Source: Schizochytrium sp. TIO01
Taxonomy: Eukaryota > Protista > Bigyra: Labyrinthulomycetes
Reading direction: 5' to 3'
Assembly (NCBI GenBank): GCA_004764695.1
Contig: SMSO01000014.1
Location: forward strand, 1,793,648-1,857,647
DNA length: 64,000 bases
Part shown: positions 11,220 through 21,465 of the stretch, piece by piece
Layout: each line of letters opens with the position of its first letter
Numbering within the stretch: the first letter of the stretch is position 1
The notes under the pieces: model-generated
Told to the model about the DNA's origin: nothing
The model's database searches: none
What the model saw: the letters and a program-made list of their open reading frames with translations, nothing else
Program-made: the position numbers and the translations under genes

Positions 11220-12344
11220 TTAAGCAAAAACATTAAGATTTGGGTTGGGATTTTCTTTATATCCAATTATGCAATAGTGTAGCTCACATTGCGAGTGTTT
11301 ACGGTATCTTACTGCGCTGCATCCATTAGTAGAGCATATATTGCTACGCGGTTGCATCCTTCTACGTTTTGGAGGAGAGTCGGACTTTTCATCAGCAGTA
11401 GCCCTTTGGTCTATCCTATTTACTTCCTCTCCGTTTTCATTATGCCGAGGGCTAGGTTTGGGCAAGGCATTCAGCCGAAGACCAGTCTTACTTTGTGCAT
11501 AGGCCATCTGAGTAACCGAAGATACCCAAATGTTCATACCAAATTTTACCACGCCGGCCGTAGTTGGTTCAGCCTGGTGGATAACGCGCGAATCAAGGGT
11601 CCCGTGCTCATTAATATTACAAAATAACACAGCTGCGCCTCGTTTCGGCGATACTCGAAGTTTCAATTTAGGAAAGTAAGTGCACCCGCCTTCGCCTTCA
11701 CTAAGCGAATTTAGATAGACAAAAAAAGTCACGAGGCGAACTGGTTCGTTGATATCTAATAGAGATAGAGTTCCATTTGGTTTCAAAACGCTACAGTCAT
11801 GGTGAAGACCAAAATGCTGACCATCCCTGTAGCGAACGACTTGCAAAGGCTCCACATTCTCAGTCGGAACTCCAACAAGCTCTGCAGCTCTACGCTCAAT
11901 CGTGCGAACCTTCGCATCCCCCATTTTTTGTAAGCTTAAGAATGTTGAGGTTCGATGTTCTGAGAATACCTTATTGCCACCCATATCCATCATGTACGAA
12001 TCACTCCCAAACTTCGATGCATCTTTGCCACTTTTTATCTGATCAAGATGCTCGAGCTCGCTTTGCGTAAGGAAGTTGTGTACTATGTACACTGGCGGAT
12101 TGGCGTTAATGCGTTCTAAAGTACGTTTCGTAGGCATTGTTGATGTAGAAGTTGTCAAAGCTGTAGTAGGTTTTGCTTTGGCACTGGTGCTAAAAAAGAG
12201 TGTCCTCATCTGTCCCGAGTGTACCTTACAAGCTTCTTTAATGTGAACTCTGCTTGAACTGCGTCGTTTTTTAGGATCGATAGCTTTCTGCATAAAAGAA
12301 GCACCCCGACGGCGCCCATGTCTTTGACTTCTAAGGACGGGCAT
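11220..12344 (-). CDS. Prolyl-4-hydroxylase-like 2OG-Fe(II) dioxygenase with C-terminal Cys/His cluster
   Basis: P4H-like motifs VHNFLTQSE, RTST, EPLQVVRY, HHD (HxD), TFFVYLN, GGCTYFP, PKRGAAVLF, HQAEP, KFGMNIW. The start codon is uncertain because several downstream ATGs exist. Confidence 0.85.
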   Translation of the reverse strand: MPVLRSQRHGRRRGASFMQKAIDPKKRRSSSRVHIKEACKVHSGQMRTLFFSTSAKAKPTTALTTSTSTMPTKRTLERINANPPVYIVHNFLTQSELEHLDQIKSGKDASKFGSDSYMMDMGGNKVFSEHRTSTFLSLQKMGDAKVRTIERRAAELVGVPTENVEPLQVVRYRDGQHFGLHHDCSVLKPNGTLSLLDINEPVRLVTFFVYLNSLSEGEGGCTYFPKLKLRVSPKRGAAVLFCNINEHGTLDSRVIHQAEPTTAGVVKFGMNIWVSSVTQMAYAQSKTGLRLNALPKPSPRHNENGEEVNRIDQRATADEKSDSPPKRRRMQPRSNICSTNGCSAVRYRKHSQCELHYCIIGYKENPNPNLNVFA

Positions 12345-14117
12345 CTTCAATCCCTGCAGTTTGTTTGCAGTGTGACGATCTCACTTCCAGTATGTGACAG
12401 AGCCACGAGGAGCTGTGCTGCCTCAAAGGATGAAAAGCTTACAGCAAGTAGCCTTGCAGCCCTATCTCTGCGTGAGTCTGTCTCCTGAGAAGTTATGGAA
12501 CTGCTTCAAACGAGAGAGCTAGCTAACTGCGCTCTCATCAGCACTGTTTCGAGTTTTTTAACTTTTGACTTTTTTCTTTTCCACACTACTAATACCTAGT
12601 CATGACTGATCAACCGCTTGGAAGGGTGCCGATTACGTGCGTGCGCGCTTCTAATAACATTTTAAGAGCGCTGATAAGCTAAGCACCATAGCAGTGTCCT
12701 GGGTTTTCTAACATGCTTTTTGGAAACTATCACACATATGCAGCCTTTCCTCGCTCTCAATAATATGTAAAAGGTGGGGTGTGCCTTATGCTGTTTCGTA
12801 TACCAAATTGCACCTGCGGAATCCTTGCGTACATTTGAAGGCATTCGTACCATAATTTCTGGCAATCAAAGTTTTGTGTTGCGCTGACAATTGTAACTCG
12901 ATATTCAGACCTTCGTCTGGGAAGAAGCTTAATTAGATTATCTGCTCTTCCAATCGCTTCGTTCCTTCGAATACTGTCAAGATATGTTTGCACATTTAGC
13001 CTGTTTTTCTTTTGTACTTTCGCCATTTGAATGGCGTTTTATCTCTTTCTATATCTCCTGAATGAAGGATAGAGTTCATTGCCACATTGGCCTGCAGACT
13101 CACAATTCTGTTTCAAGTCAGGACTTAATATAAGTTACTTTCCAAGTCCATGCTGTACCAAACTCAATAATAGATCTCACTTCGTATGCCCTTTTCATCC
13201 TCATCAAATAAGACTCTGAATTGCAAAGTTGAAAGTTGGGTTCTATCTCTCAGTAGAGCAATCAAGCAAAGCAATAACCACCTAGAAAAATAATATCTTC
13301 AGTGATAATGTAAAGATGCGATGGGGGATCTTGAAGAACAGATTGTCCTGAAGCGAGATCAGCGTCATCACCGAAACCTCGAATAGTGGCATTAACTTGA
13401 AGTTGGAGAAAGCAGAAAGAACGAAGAAAGAAATTAGAAAAAGAAAAAGAACAGCAAAAAATAAAGAACAGAAGAAATGAACAAGAAAAGAGGGAATTTG
13501 GAGTTGTTTTATTTCAATAACAAATCCTTAGTTGAGCAATCAATCATTTAAACTGCACTGGTTTCAACAGAAGTCGGCGCTTCGTAGTGCCTCAGGACCG
13601 GGGGCCGAGGTTCCGCGGCGGTCCGCGGAGTGGCGTGGTCGCGCTTGCAGCGAGGGAGGATCACATAAGCAAGCCCACTGATCAATTGCTTAAACAATTA
13701 ATCGAAGAAAGAAAGAAAGAAAGAAAGAAAGAACGAACGTCAACCTCTCTTGCTTGCCTGCTTACTTTCCTGCTTGCCTGCTTACTTGCTCACGTGCTGC
13801 GGACGCAAGATCTACACATTTCGTTAGAGATTTGCACGCAAAGAGTTCTTCACAAGGTTTGGCGATTAATTCCTTTGTCCGTCATCACTTTGCGTACAAC
13901 AAGAGGGTTTTAAGGTATTCCAGAGTCGTTCTCCACGACGGGGTAAATTTTGTAGCAGCCGAAACTTCGCTAAAAATCTGCCGCTTCATCAGGGCAAATC
14001 AGCATCATTAACGTGTGGATCCTCGCGAATATAATTTAAGGGGCAACCTAATTCGGTAAATTAGAAATTGCTTGCGGTGGGCTTTGTAGTTGAGTTGACG
14101 TTGAGTTTGCTGTCAGA

Positions 14118-16256
14118 ATGACGACCGCGTCACCGATGTGGACTATTCGCGTGAAGCAACTTAACTCCGAGTCTGCCAGCCCTGTACAACTCTCTTCAAC
14201 AAGCTCGGTGCCAGACTTAAAGTCAAGCATTCATGAAAAATTAGGCGTGGCGGTTGATCGTCAGAGGCTTATCTTCAGAGGTCGTGTGCTCAAGAACGAC
14301 GAATCGCTCGCATCATGCTCTCTAGAAGATGGTGTGACTATCCATCTTGTGGAGAGAAGTCAAGATGCCCCCCCATTACCTCCAGGTGCTGTTCAAGACA
14401 GTAGTAATGGCCAAAGAGACAACTCTCGATCTTCAAGTCAAAGTTCTGCTCGCAACGGCACCGCAACCCGTCCAAACGTAACTCGTCGAAACGCACTGAA
14501 TTCAATGTATTCTGCAATGTCACATTTTTCAGCTGCAGGAGCAGGACCCATTCCACATATCGCTATTATGGGCCTTGAAGTCGGCCCTGGCCTTCATGAT
14601 GTTGTTTCAAACCTCTTCAACCCTCAGCTGGACGGTTTTGGGGACAGCCTTTTTTCAGCTGAGCGACCAGTAGACCAATCTCGCAGTAATTCAGAAAGTA
14701 ACTCTCCTCCACCTATCTCACCGCTGAGATTCGGAGGTCAAGGAAGTTCGTCTCGCAGCAGTGTCAACTTGCCTGCGTTTCAGAACACTCGTGAACAGGA
14801 GAGAGATATAAGAATATTGCGGCATCGTGCACTTCGTTTACATCACATGGCACATCAGATGCAATCAGACGTAGCTCGTGTTGGTAACTTCAGTATTGAC
14901 GGTGAGCGTTTGATTGGTCGTGCTGTTTTAAATGAGTTACTGACTGAGACCCGACGTGCACTCCATCCACTTCTCACCTCTCGAACGAGCACAGATGGAA
15001 TTCAGAGAGGCCAGCTATTGCTACAAGTAACTGCCGGTATTTCACAGCTTACCAAACTTCAAGATCAACTCTTGCAACCTCCGCGTCTTGGTCAACGGAT
15101 TTCTGCCTCATCTGCCTCGCCTGCAGCATCTGCAGCATTTGCAACACCTGCAACGCCTGCGCAGCCGACTATGCAAGCAGCAGGCTCACAATCTTCCAAC
15201 CCACCCCAACTGCCGAGCCGTATGTCTATACCACTTCCTTTGCCCTATGATTTCCCTTCAATTTCTTCCGTACTACGTCGACCTATTAGTGAAGGGAACA
15301 GAATTAGCAGCAGTAGAACCAGGGACATCGACAGCGACAACTCTGGTAATACCAATAATTCCGCCTCAATTTCTACTGCTACTTCACAAACTTCTCGTAG
15401 ACGTAGTTTGTCATTGAGCTCTTCTACAGTGCGTCAAGCATCTGCTTCTAGCCGCAGAACTCGTACAAGCGCTCGTAACACCGTATTCAGTGATGACAAT
15501 AGCAACATTAACAACAGTAGAAACGCTGACCCGGGTGATGGGAATCCTGAAGAAGGCAGCTCTACTAGTTCATCATCACATTTTTTCCCAAGATTTGGGG
15601 AAGCTGGAATCCCGCCAGGGTTCTCCCTAGTTGGCAGTCCTCAGATTTTGACAAACTTCTTCCTTTCTATGGCCGATGTGGATACCCCTTCTTTTCCTTT
15701 GCGAAGTCGGCAAACTTCTACAACTAGTTCTTCTACAACTAGAACGCAGCGAGAATCTGTTCCACCTACCCCTGATTTAGCCTCGCGCATTGCTTCACGT
15801 CGAAGCGCAAGTCGCAGCTCAAGTTCTCAGCGCACTAGCGCTACGGTTCCATCGTCAGGAGCAGTAGCTCGTGGTAAAAAACGTGAACGTGTTTCATCTG
15901 AGGAAGACTCTGCCGTACCAACTGCACAGTCTTCTTCGTCAACGTCAGAGCTTTGCCCAGGTGCTGGTGAAAGTGTAAATTCACAAAGTAGAGGCGAACT
16001 TACTGCAAATGGTGCAGGTAGCACCGCACAACCTGTGACTAATAGTAATAGTAGCATCAATAGTAGTAGCAGTAGCAGCAACAGCAACAGCAGAGTCGCT
16101 CCTGGTTCTGACGCAAATTTATCTACATCTGAGACCAACAGAGACAACATCGCAAACAGGGGGAAAGTCGACGATGTTTCGCAAGTTTCCTCTGGTGATA
16201 GTACCACGACTAGAGAGCGGAAACGGCGCACTTTGAAACATAGACCGTCAACGTAA
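14118..16256 (+). CDS. BAG6-like protein: N-terminal ubiquitin-like domain, long Ser/Pro-rich low-complexity body, basic NLS-like C-terminus
   Basis: UBL segment RQRLIFRGRVLKNDESL...TIHLVER matches the BAG6-type UBL pattern (QRLIxxGRVLxxD...IHLVER, from recall). Basic clusters RGKKRER and RERKRRTLKHR. No BAG-similar domain recognised. Confidence 0.65.
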   Translation: MTTASPMWTIRVKQLNSESASPVQLSSTSSVPDLKSSIHEKLGVAVDRQRLIFRGRVLKNDESLASCSLEDGVTIHLVERSQDAPPLPPGAVQDSSNGQRDNSRSSSQSSARNGTATRPNVTRRNALNSMYSAMSHFSAAGAGPIPHIAIMGLEVGPGLHDVVSNLFNPQLDGFGDSLFSAERPVDQSRSNSESNSPPPISPLRFGGQGSSSRSSVNLPAFQNTREQERDIRILRHRALRLHHMAHQMQSDVARVGNFSIDGERLIGRAVLNELLTETRRALHPLLTSRTSTDGIQRGQLLLQVTAGISQLTKLQDQLLQPPRLGQRISASSASPAASAAFATPATPAQPTMQAAGSQSSNPPQLPSRMSIPLPLPYDFPSISSVLRRPISEGNRISSSRTRDIDSDNSGNTNNSASISTATSQTSRRRSLSLSSSTVRQASASSRRTRTSARNTVFSDDNSNINNSRNADPGDGNPEEGSSTSSSSHFFPRFGEAGIPPGFSLVGSPQILTNFFLSMADVDTPSFPLRSRQTSTTSSSTTRTQRESVPPTPDLASRIASRRSASRSSSSQRTSATVPSSGAVARGKKRERVSSEEDSAVPTAQSSSSTSELCPGAGESVNSQSRGELTANGAGSTAQPVTNSNSSINSSSSSSNSNSRVAPGSDANLSTSETNRDNIANRGKVDDVSQVSSGDSTTTRERKRRTLKHRPST

Positions 16257-16528
16257 ACAGGAAATATCAGTGAAAGCGAACATACTTGCACAATCAGTTG
16301 GGTTATACATGAGGATTTATCATAAAACTCTATTTCATATCCTCTGACAGTAAACTGATGCACTACAGTTGCAATGCTCTTCAGAAGCTAGAAATCAAGA
16401 TTCTTGATAGTCTTGGATTGAATTTTATATTTTGTTTACATCTTGTCTAGCAAGAATTAAGCTTAATTTGATGTTTGAAAATGGGAGATAGTATGTATGA
16501 ATTTTGATTATATTATATCAGCTTTTAA

Positions 16529-17788
16529 TTATGCACCAAATCCTTGAAGCATACTATCAATGAGTGCCTGGAAGCCCTTCTTCTGTGCCTTGATGCCAAA
16601 GTAAATTTCGCTGATGCGATCCAAGTACATTTGGAAATTTTGATCACGTTGGATTGACGGCTGGTACTTCTCGCAGAGCATCTTAAACAGAGGGTAGGCG
16701 TCGCGCTCGACAGCTTTGAGCAGAAACTTGACAAAGTGGGCAAGGGGAGTTTCTTTGAGAGGCTCCTTCTTCAAAATAAGTAGCTTCACGAAGGTCTCGT
16801 ACAGAATATTGGCATCTTTAAGGTTCTCAAGTGCCAAGAGCTGGAGTACTGCGCGTGCCAAGAAAAGATCTCGCTCACCCTTGTAACCAAGAGATGACCA
16901 TTGGTAAAGAAAGGTAGCAAACTCCTGAGGCTGCCGAGCGTGGAGAAAATGGGTAGCAGCACCAGAGACGTCGCCCATGCGAATCTTAGCGCCGGCAGCA
17001 AGACGGTGAAGTTCAGGGTCACCCTTTTCGAACTTTCCACAGTGCTTGAGCGTAGACCATACGATGCACGCCTTTAGGAAACGAGCTTGGTTTTTCGCGG
17101 CTTCCTTGCTGGCAGTGACGGTCTCAAATGCCTTAGCGACATCCATGACCACAGCTTTAGCATCGTCATCCTGCTCAATCTTGGCTGCTTCCAAAGTCTC
17201 TACAAGAAGCAGTGCGAGTTCTGTGCCTGCAGTCAAATGTTGCTTCTTCAGCAGGACGATACTGCCTGATCTGCAAAAGTCCACGGCTGCTGCAAAATCC
17301 TCTTTTTTGTTGGCCCGAGCATGGAATGTCTTGTAGGTCTGTAGAGCTCCATAGGGATCTTCATCCTCCTCCACACTATTTAGATTCCGTACCAGGCAGT
17401 CCACGTAGCCATTCCACATGCGGTTGAGATCATGAAATGTTTATAAGTTGTGTCATCCACACCGCATTCGTGTATCAATCAACAAGAACAATTCATCGCA
17501 CGCAGGTATGAAGGATGTTATGTTGTTCCTTCTTAAAGTTAGTTATCTCTATTTGTTAATATTTGAGATGAGCAGAAGTCCAGCACGCTTCGGATGTGGC
17601 TTTCGAAAGGATGACGTTATTCTCGTCACTTTCTTCAATGGTATGCTACCTCATGGAAAACAGGCCACTGCTCAACTCCTAAAGAGAGGTCGCCAGAAGG
17701 CGCCTCTGTGCTGCTACAGAACCTACCGCTGCTCAAGGCGGCGCGCTTTGTCGCCTGCAGCGCCCACGAAGCGGTTAGACTCGCTCAT
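16529..17788 (-). CDS. GET4: GET4/TRC35 (Golgi to ER traffic protein 4); 2 exons: 17788-17727 and 17375-16529
   Basis: Exon 1 (ATG 17788, MSESNRFVGAAGDKARRLEQ) ends CG|GTAGGT; acceptor AATAG|T at 17376. The junction restores R-VEEDEDPYGALQTYKT, fitting the GET4 N-terminus. Downstream GDPELH, DLFLARAVLQLL, PLAHFVKFLL, YQPSIQRD, YLDRISEIYFG are GET4-like. Confidence 0.9.
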
Positions 17789-18484
17789 GGTGCTTGCAAC
17801 AAAGTCTTCTTGAATTGCCACGGCATCACAAAACGAGAGAAGAATAATACTTTAAGATCGATTGATCATTTACTATACATTTAAATAGGACCAGGTAAGG
17901 CTTATCACACTTCTACTATTTACGGTAGGTACTTCGAACAAACCCGCATCACAATCTTGAGTGCTATGATTTAATGTAAGTAGGTAAGGGTGATGAAGAT
18001 GAAGCGGGATCTAGAATTCTGCGTTGATTTCTAGTGCTTAGAAATAAGGATAGGCATCTGTGAACTTCCCATGAATTAGAAGTAGGTGTGTTTGCATCAG
18101 TTGGAATACATTGCAGAATATAGTGCAAGAAGGCCGCACATGTGAGATATATAATACTAGACAGTAAACATTTTTGCGAATTAACGAAGAAGACAGGTCT
18201 TGTTGCTTGCATATGGCAAAAAATTAATAGTTCATCAAGGGGTCTTCCATTTGTATACTTGCTTGTAATTTTACTTCCATCTGTAGAGGCGCAGAATAGC
18301 ACTAACTTGGGTCTGCTATGCTGCAAGGAAACAAATGTAATTTCACTCAACCAATAAGATGTTCCAAATTGAGGTACACAGAGGGCGTACTAGTATCAAT
18401 CTCCTCTTGGACTCATATTGGTTCTTTGACTTTCAGGAAGTCAATCAGTTGATGGGTTATTTTATTTGGTGGCTTGCTTTAGAT

Positions 18485-19528
18485 TTAAGACTCGACCACA
18501 TGAGCCGGGACCTGCGAGAGAATGCCACCCTCAATGATGCGTTGGGTTTCTGCGAGCATAGAGTCACTGTCTTCAAAATCCTCAACGTAAAGGGGCTTGT
18601 GAATGTGGATTAGAACTGGTGCGTCTTCACTGCGCTCTAACCAGGTCTCACCGTGGCGGGCAGGCATGAGCTTGCCAGTTCCGCTAATGGAAATAGGAAC
18701 AATAGGCACATGGGCTTCCTTGGCAATAACGAAAGCCCCGCGCTTGAAGGGTTGCACTAGGCCGTCTCTTGAGCGCGTGCCTTCAGCAAATAGATATACA
18801 GAAACGCCGGCCTGCAGCTTTTGCACGCATGCGTCAACGACCGAGCCGCGGCTCTGACGATTACCACGACGTACTCCCACGTGGCCAATGAGACCCATGA
18901 CCCAGCCCACCAGAGGGATGTAAAATATCTCCTCCTTGCTCACAAAGCGGATTGGAAATGGCAAGCACAGCAAAGCATAAATATCAGTCCAGCTTTGGTG
19001 ATTTGACACATACACCACAGCAACATCCCCTTCTGTAAGGTGTTTAATGCGCTCTATGCCCTCAAATTGTGGTTTAAAGAAAGGATAAATTGTCATCTTG
19101 GCCCACGTGCGTTGAACTTCATCTAAAAACGCACGTCTCTGTGGATCCAGTATTACTACGAAAGGGTACGCTGCCAGCAAAAACATAGACAACGGAATAG
19201 CAGTGAACCCGGTCCATGCGAAAAACGCATGAGCTCGTACCACCTGTTCTGGATGGCCTACTGCCCAGTGGTACCCTGCAGCAAGCGTTAGCGTTGTAGG
19301 AATTAGCGAAAGACCCAGATAAGTATACTTCGTGGTTTTCCACAGAATGTTGAGGCCTCTTTTGGGCCAGTGCGTCCAAGTTCGCTGTTCATTTCCCCCC
19401 GCCACACTAGTCAACAGCCTCCTCGATCCCAAAAGACCTGCAGACGCCGACCAGGGTTCTCGTAAGGAGGGGGCTAAGCCCACCCTTCGAACCGAAGCTC
19501 GAGCCCCGTTGTGAAGAACGGCCAGCAT
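18485..19528 (-). CDS. 1-acyl-sn-glycerol-3-phosphate acyltransferase (LPAAT/PlsC family), possibly organelle-targeted
   Basis: Acyltransferase motifs NHQSWTD (HX4D), FVSKEEI, FAEGTRS, PFKRGAF, VPIVPI; hydrophobic segments; Arg-rich N-terminus. Confidence 0.9.
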   Translation of the reverse strand: MLAVLHNGARASVRRVGLAPSLREPWSASAGLLGSRRLLTSVAGGNEQRTWTHWPKRGLNILWKTTKYTYLGLSLIPTTLTLAAGYHWAVGHPEQVVRAHAFFAWTGFTAIPLSMFLLAAYPFVVILDPQRRAFLDEVQRTWAKMTIYPFFKPQFEGIERIKHLTEGDVAVVYVSNHQSWTDIYALLCLPFPIRFVSKEEIFYIPLVGWVMGLIGHVGVRRGNRQSRGSVVDACVQKLQAGVSVYLFAEGTRSRDGLVQPFKRGAFVIAKEAHVPIVPISISGTGKLMPARHGETWLERSEDAPVLIHIHKPLYVEDFEDSDSMLAETQRIIEGGILSQVPAHVVES

Positions 19529-20079
19529 GGTTGTAGTTCTGGCAATTTCTCCCGTGCGAGTTTTCTTCCGTGGTCTTCAACCATTCAATACACAGAGGAT
19601 GTGGGGGGCATGTTACAATTGTTTTATTATAATATTGTACACTATTAGTAAAAATTACTGGAGCGGAGGCACAACACTGATGCTCTGTGCCCCCCCCCCT
19701 CTACTTAGCCGTTGAAAAGGGAATAATAGAGTTGAAGTAGTTGGATATGCAGGCGAGAGCGCTTGGCAATCTCGAAAGGATAAACCTTCAATGATCAGGC
19801 GCTGAAGAGAGAATACCTACTGCCTAGTATTGTCGAAACGCAAATTCGTGTTCATTTACCTGACAGGTGCTGATTTAACTCAATTTGCGGGTGGTGATTT
19901 CGGCCAGGGGGTTTTCGCTTTAAGAACTTGATCAGACATCAGGGCCTTTTCTGGCGTCCTCGGCTTATCGTACACGTGGTCTGCACTTGTAGAAAAAGGC
20001 ACTCTCATCTAAGTGTTGGTGATCTGTGCTACATTTTATAATCGAGGCGGTACTCACTCTCTTCCGAACAGACTGTAAA

Positions 20080-21081
20080 ATGCAACGTGAATCGAAGTGC
20101 AGAGAGGAAGACATTGAATGTCTCTCCGGATCCTTCCGCAAGCACACAAACGTGCGAAGCCAGCTCGAAGACGACGCTGACGCCTTCTCAGAGGCTAAAA
20201 ACAGCGACAGCCAGTGGAGGAATATTGATATAGAGGATGTAGAAGTTGGAGACCAAATCGGCGGAGGTGGCTTTGCAATTGTATACGAAGGATATTGGAA
20301 AGACCGTCGTGTCGCGCTCAAAACTCTTTTCGACCCTCGTGTCGATGAGGACTTGAAGAAAGAGTTTATGGATGAACTGTACGTCATGAGCAAGCTCAAG
20401 CACCCGAACATTGTGGAGATGTTCGGTGCTTGCACACGCCCCCCTAAGTTTTGCATGGTTCTTGAGCTTTGTGAGTCATCACTATTTGAGGTTTTGCACA
20501 ACTCACGCCATTCTCTTTCCGAAAAACAACTGCTAGGAATGCAAATCGAGCTTGCTTCTGCAATGGAGTACCTTCACGATCAAAGTCCGGCAATAATTCA
20601 TCGTGATATCAAGTCTCACAACGTGCTCGTAAGCGAAGGTTTTCACATCAAGCTGTGTGATTTCGGATTGGTCTCTACAAATGTCACTGCTGCTGGTACA
20701 CCAGCATACATGGCACCTGAGCTTCTGCAAAGTGGCCTCTTTTCGCGCAAGGTTGACGTTTATGCTTTTGCGGTGCTTATGTGGGAGATGTACACCCGGG
20801 CGATTCCTTTTTCGTCCTGGGAACCGAGTGACGTGCGTAAATTTGTAGTCGAGGGAAAACGTCTCCGTCTCCCGCATTCTGGCTATCCTAAACAATGTGG
20901 TCCGCTCATTGAGCGATGCTGGGATCAAGAACCAGACCGTCGCCCTGAGTTCAAGAATGTCTCAAGAGCACTTTCACGTATCTATTCTACCATTCGTGAT
21001 GTGTCGCACCTTGACGAAATCCATACTGAGTCAGGAGGCGATTCTTTTGATCTGCTTCAGCGAAGTGTAGCTAAGAAGTAA
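20080..21081 (+). CDS. Tyrosine-kinase-like (TKL/MAP3K-like) Ser/Thr kinase
   Basis: IGGGGFAIV, VALK, HPNIV, HRDIKSHN, DFG, GTPAYMAPE, DVYAF, CWDQEPDRRP. First ATG at 20080. Confidence 0.92.
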   Translation: MQRESKCREEDIECLSGSFRKHTNVRSQLEDDADAFSEAKNSDSQWRNIDIEDVEVGDQIGGGGFAIVYEGYWKDRRVALKTLFDPRVDEDLKKEFMDELYVMSKLKHPNIVEMFGACTRPPKFCMVLELCESSLFEVLHNSRHSLSEKQLLGMQIELASAMEYLHDQSPAIIHRDIKSHNVLVSEGFHIKLCDFGLVSTNVTAAGTPAYMAPELLQSGLFSRKVDVYAFAVLMWEMYTRAIPFSSWEPSDVRKFVVEGKRLRLPHSGYPKQCGPLIERCWDQEPDRRPEFKNVSRALSRIYSTIRDVSHLDEIHTESGGDSFDLLQRSVAKK

Positions 21082-21465
21082 TCATTCAAATATTTCCACA
21101 AGACTAAGACTTTCGCATAAGCTATCTTAATTTGTAGCTTCGTGCGGAGCTGACATGCCGTCTTTAAACAAAGCAAATTTTAACTATATAAGAGAAAGGT
21201 GGTTCGGTAGCAATAATCTAGACGTTACTTCTAATTTCTAATTTCTAATTTCCCGTACTTCAGTAGACAAAAAGTAACACTTGAATGAAGATAATAAAAT
21301 TGATTTCACACAAAATATAGATGTTTTATTTTCCATTTTTATTTTGAATGCTACGGGTATAAAGTTGTCACGAGGATTACTAAATGGGAGTTTATATTTT
21401 ACCGAAGGGGCATGAATAACTATCTTATCTACAAACCGAGTCTCGAAACGTGTTCAGTAGATAGA

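Noticed and set aside
17376-17419. ORF-track N-terminus MWNGYVDCLVRNLNS of GET4
   Set aside because: Lies within the predicted intron; the upstream exon gives a better GET4-like start.
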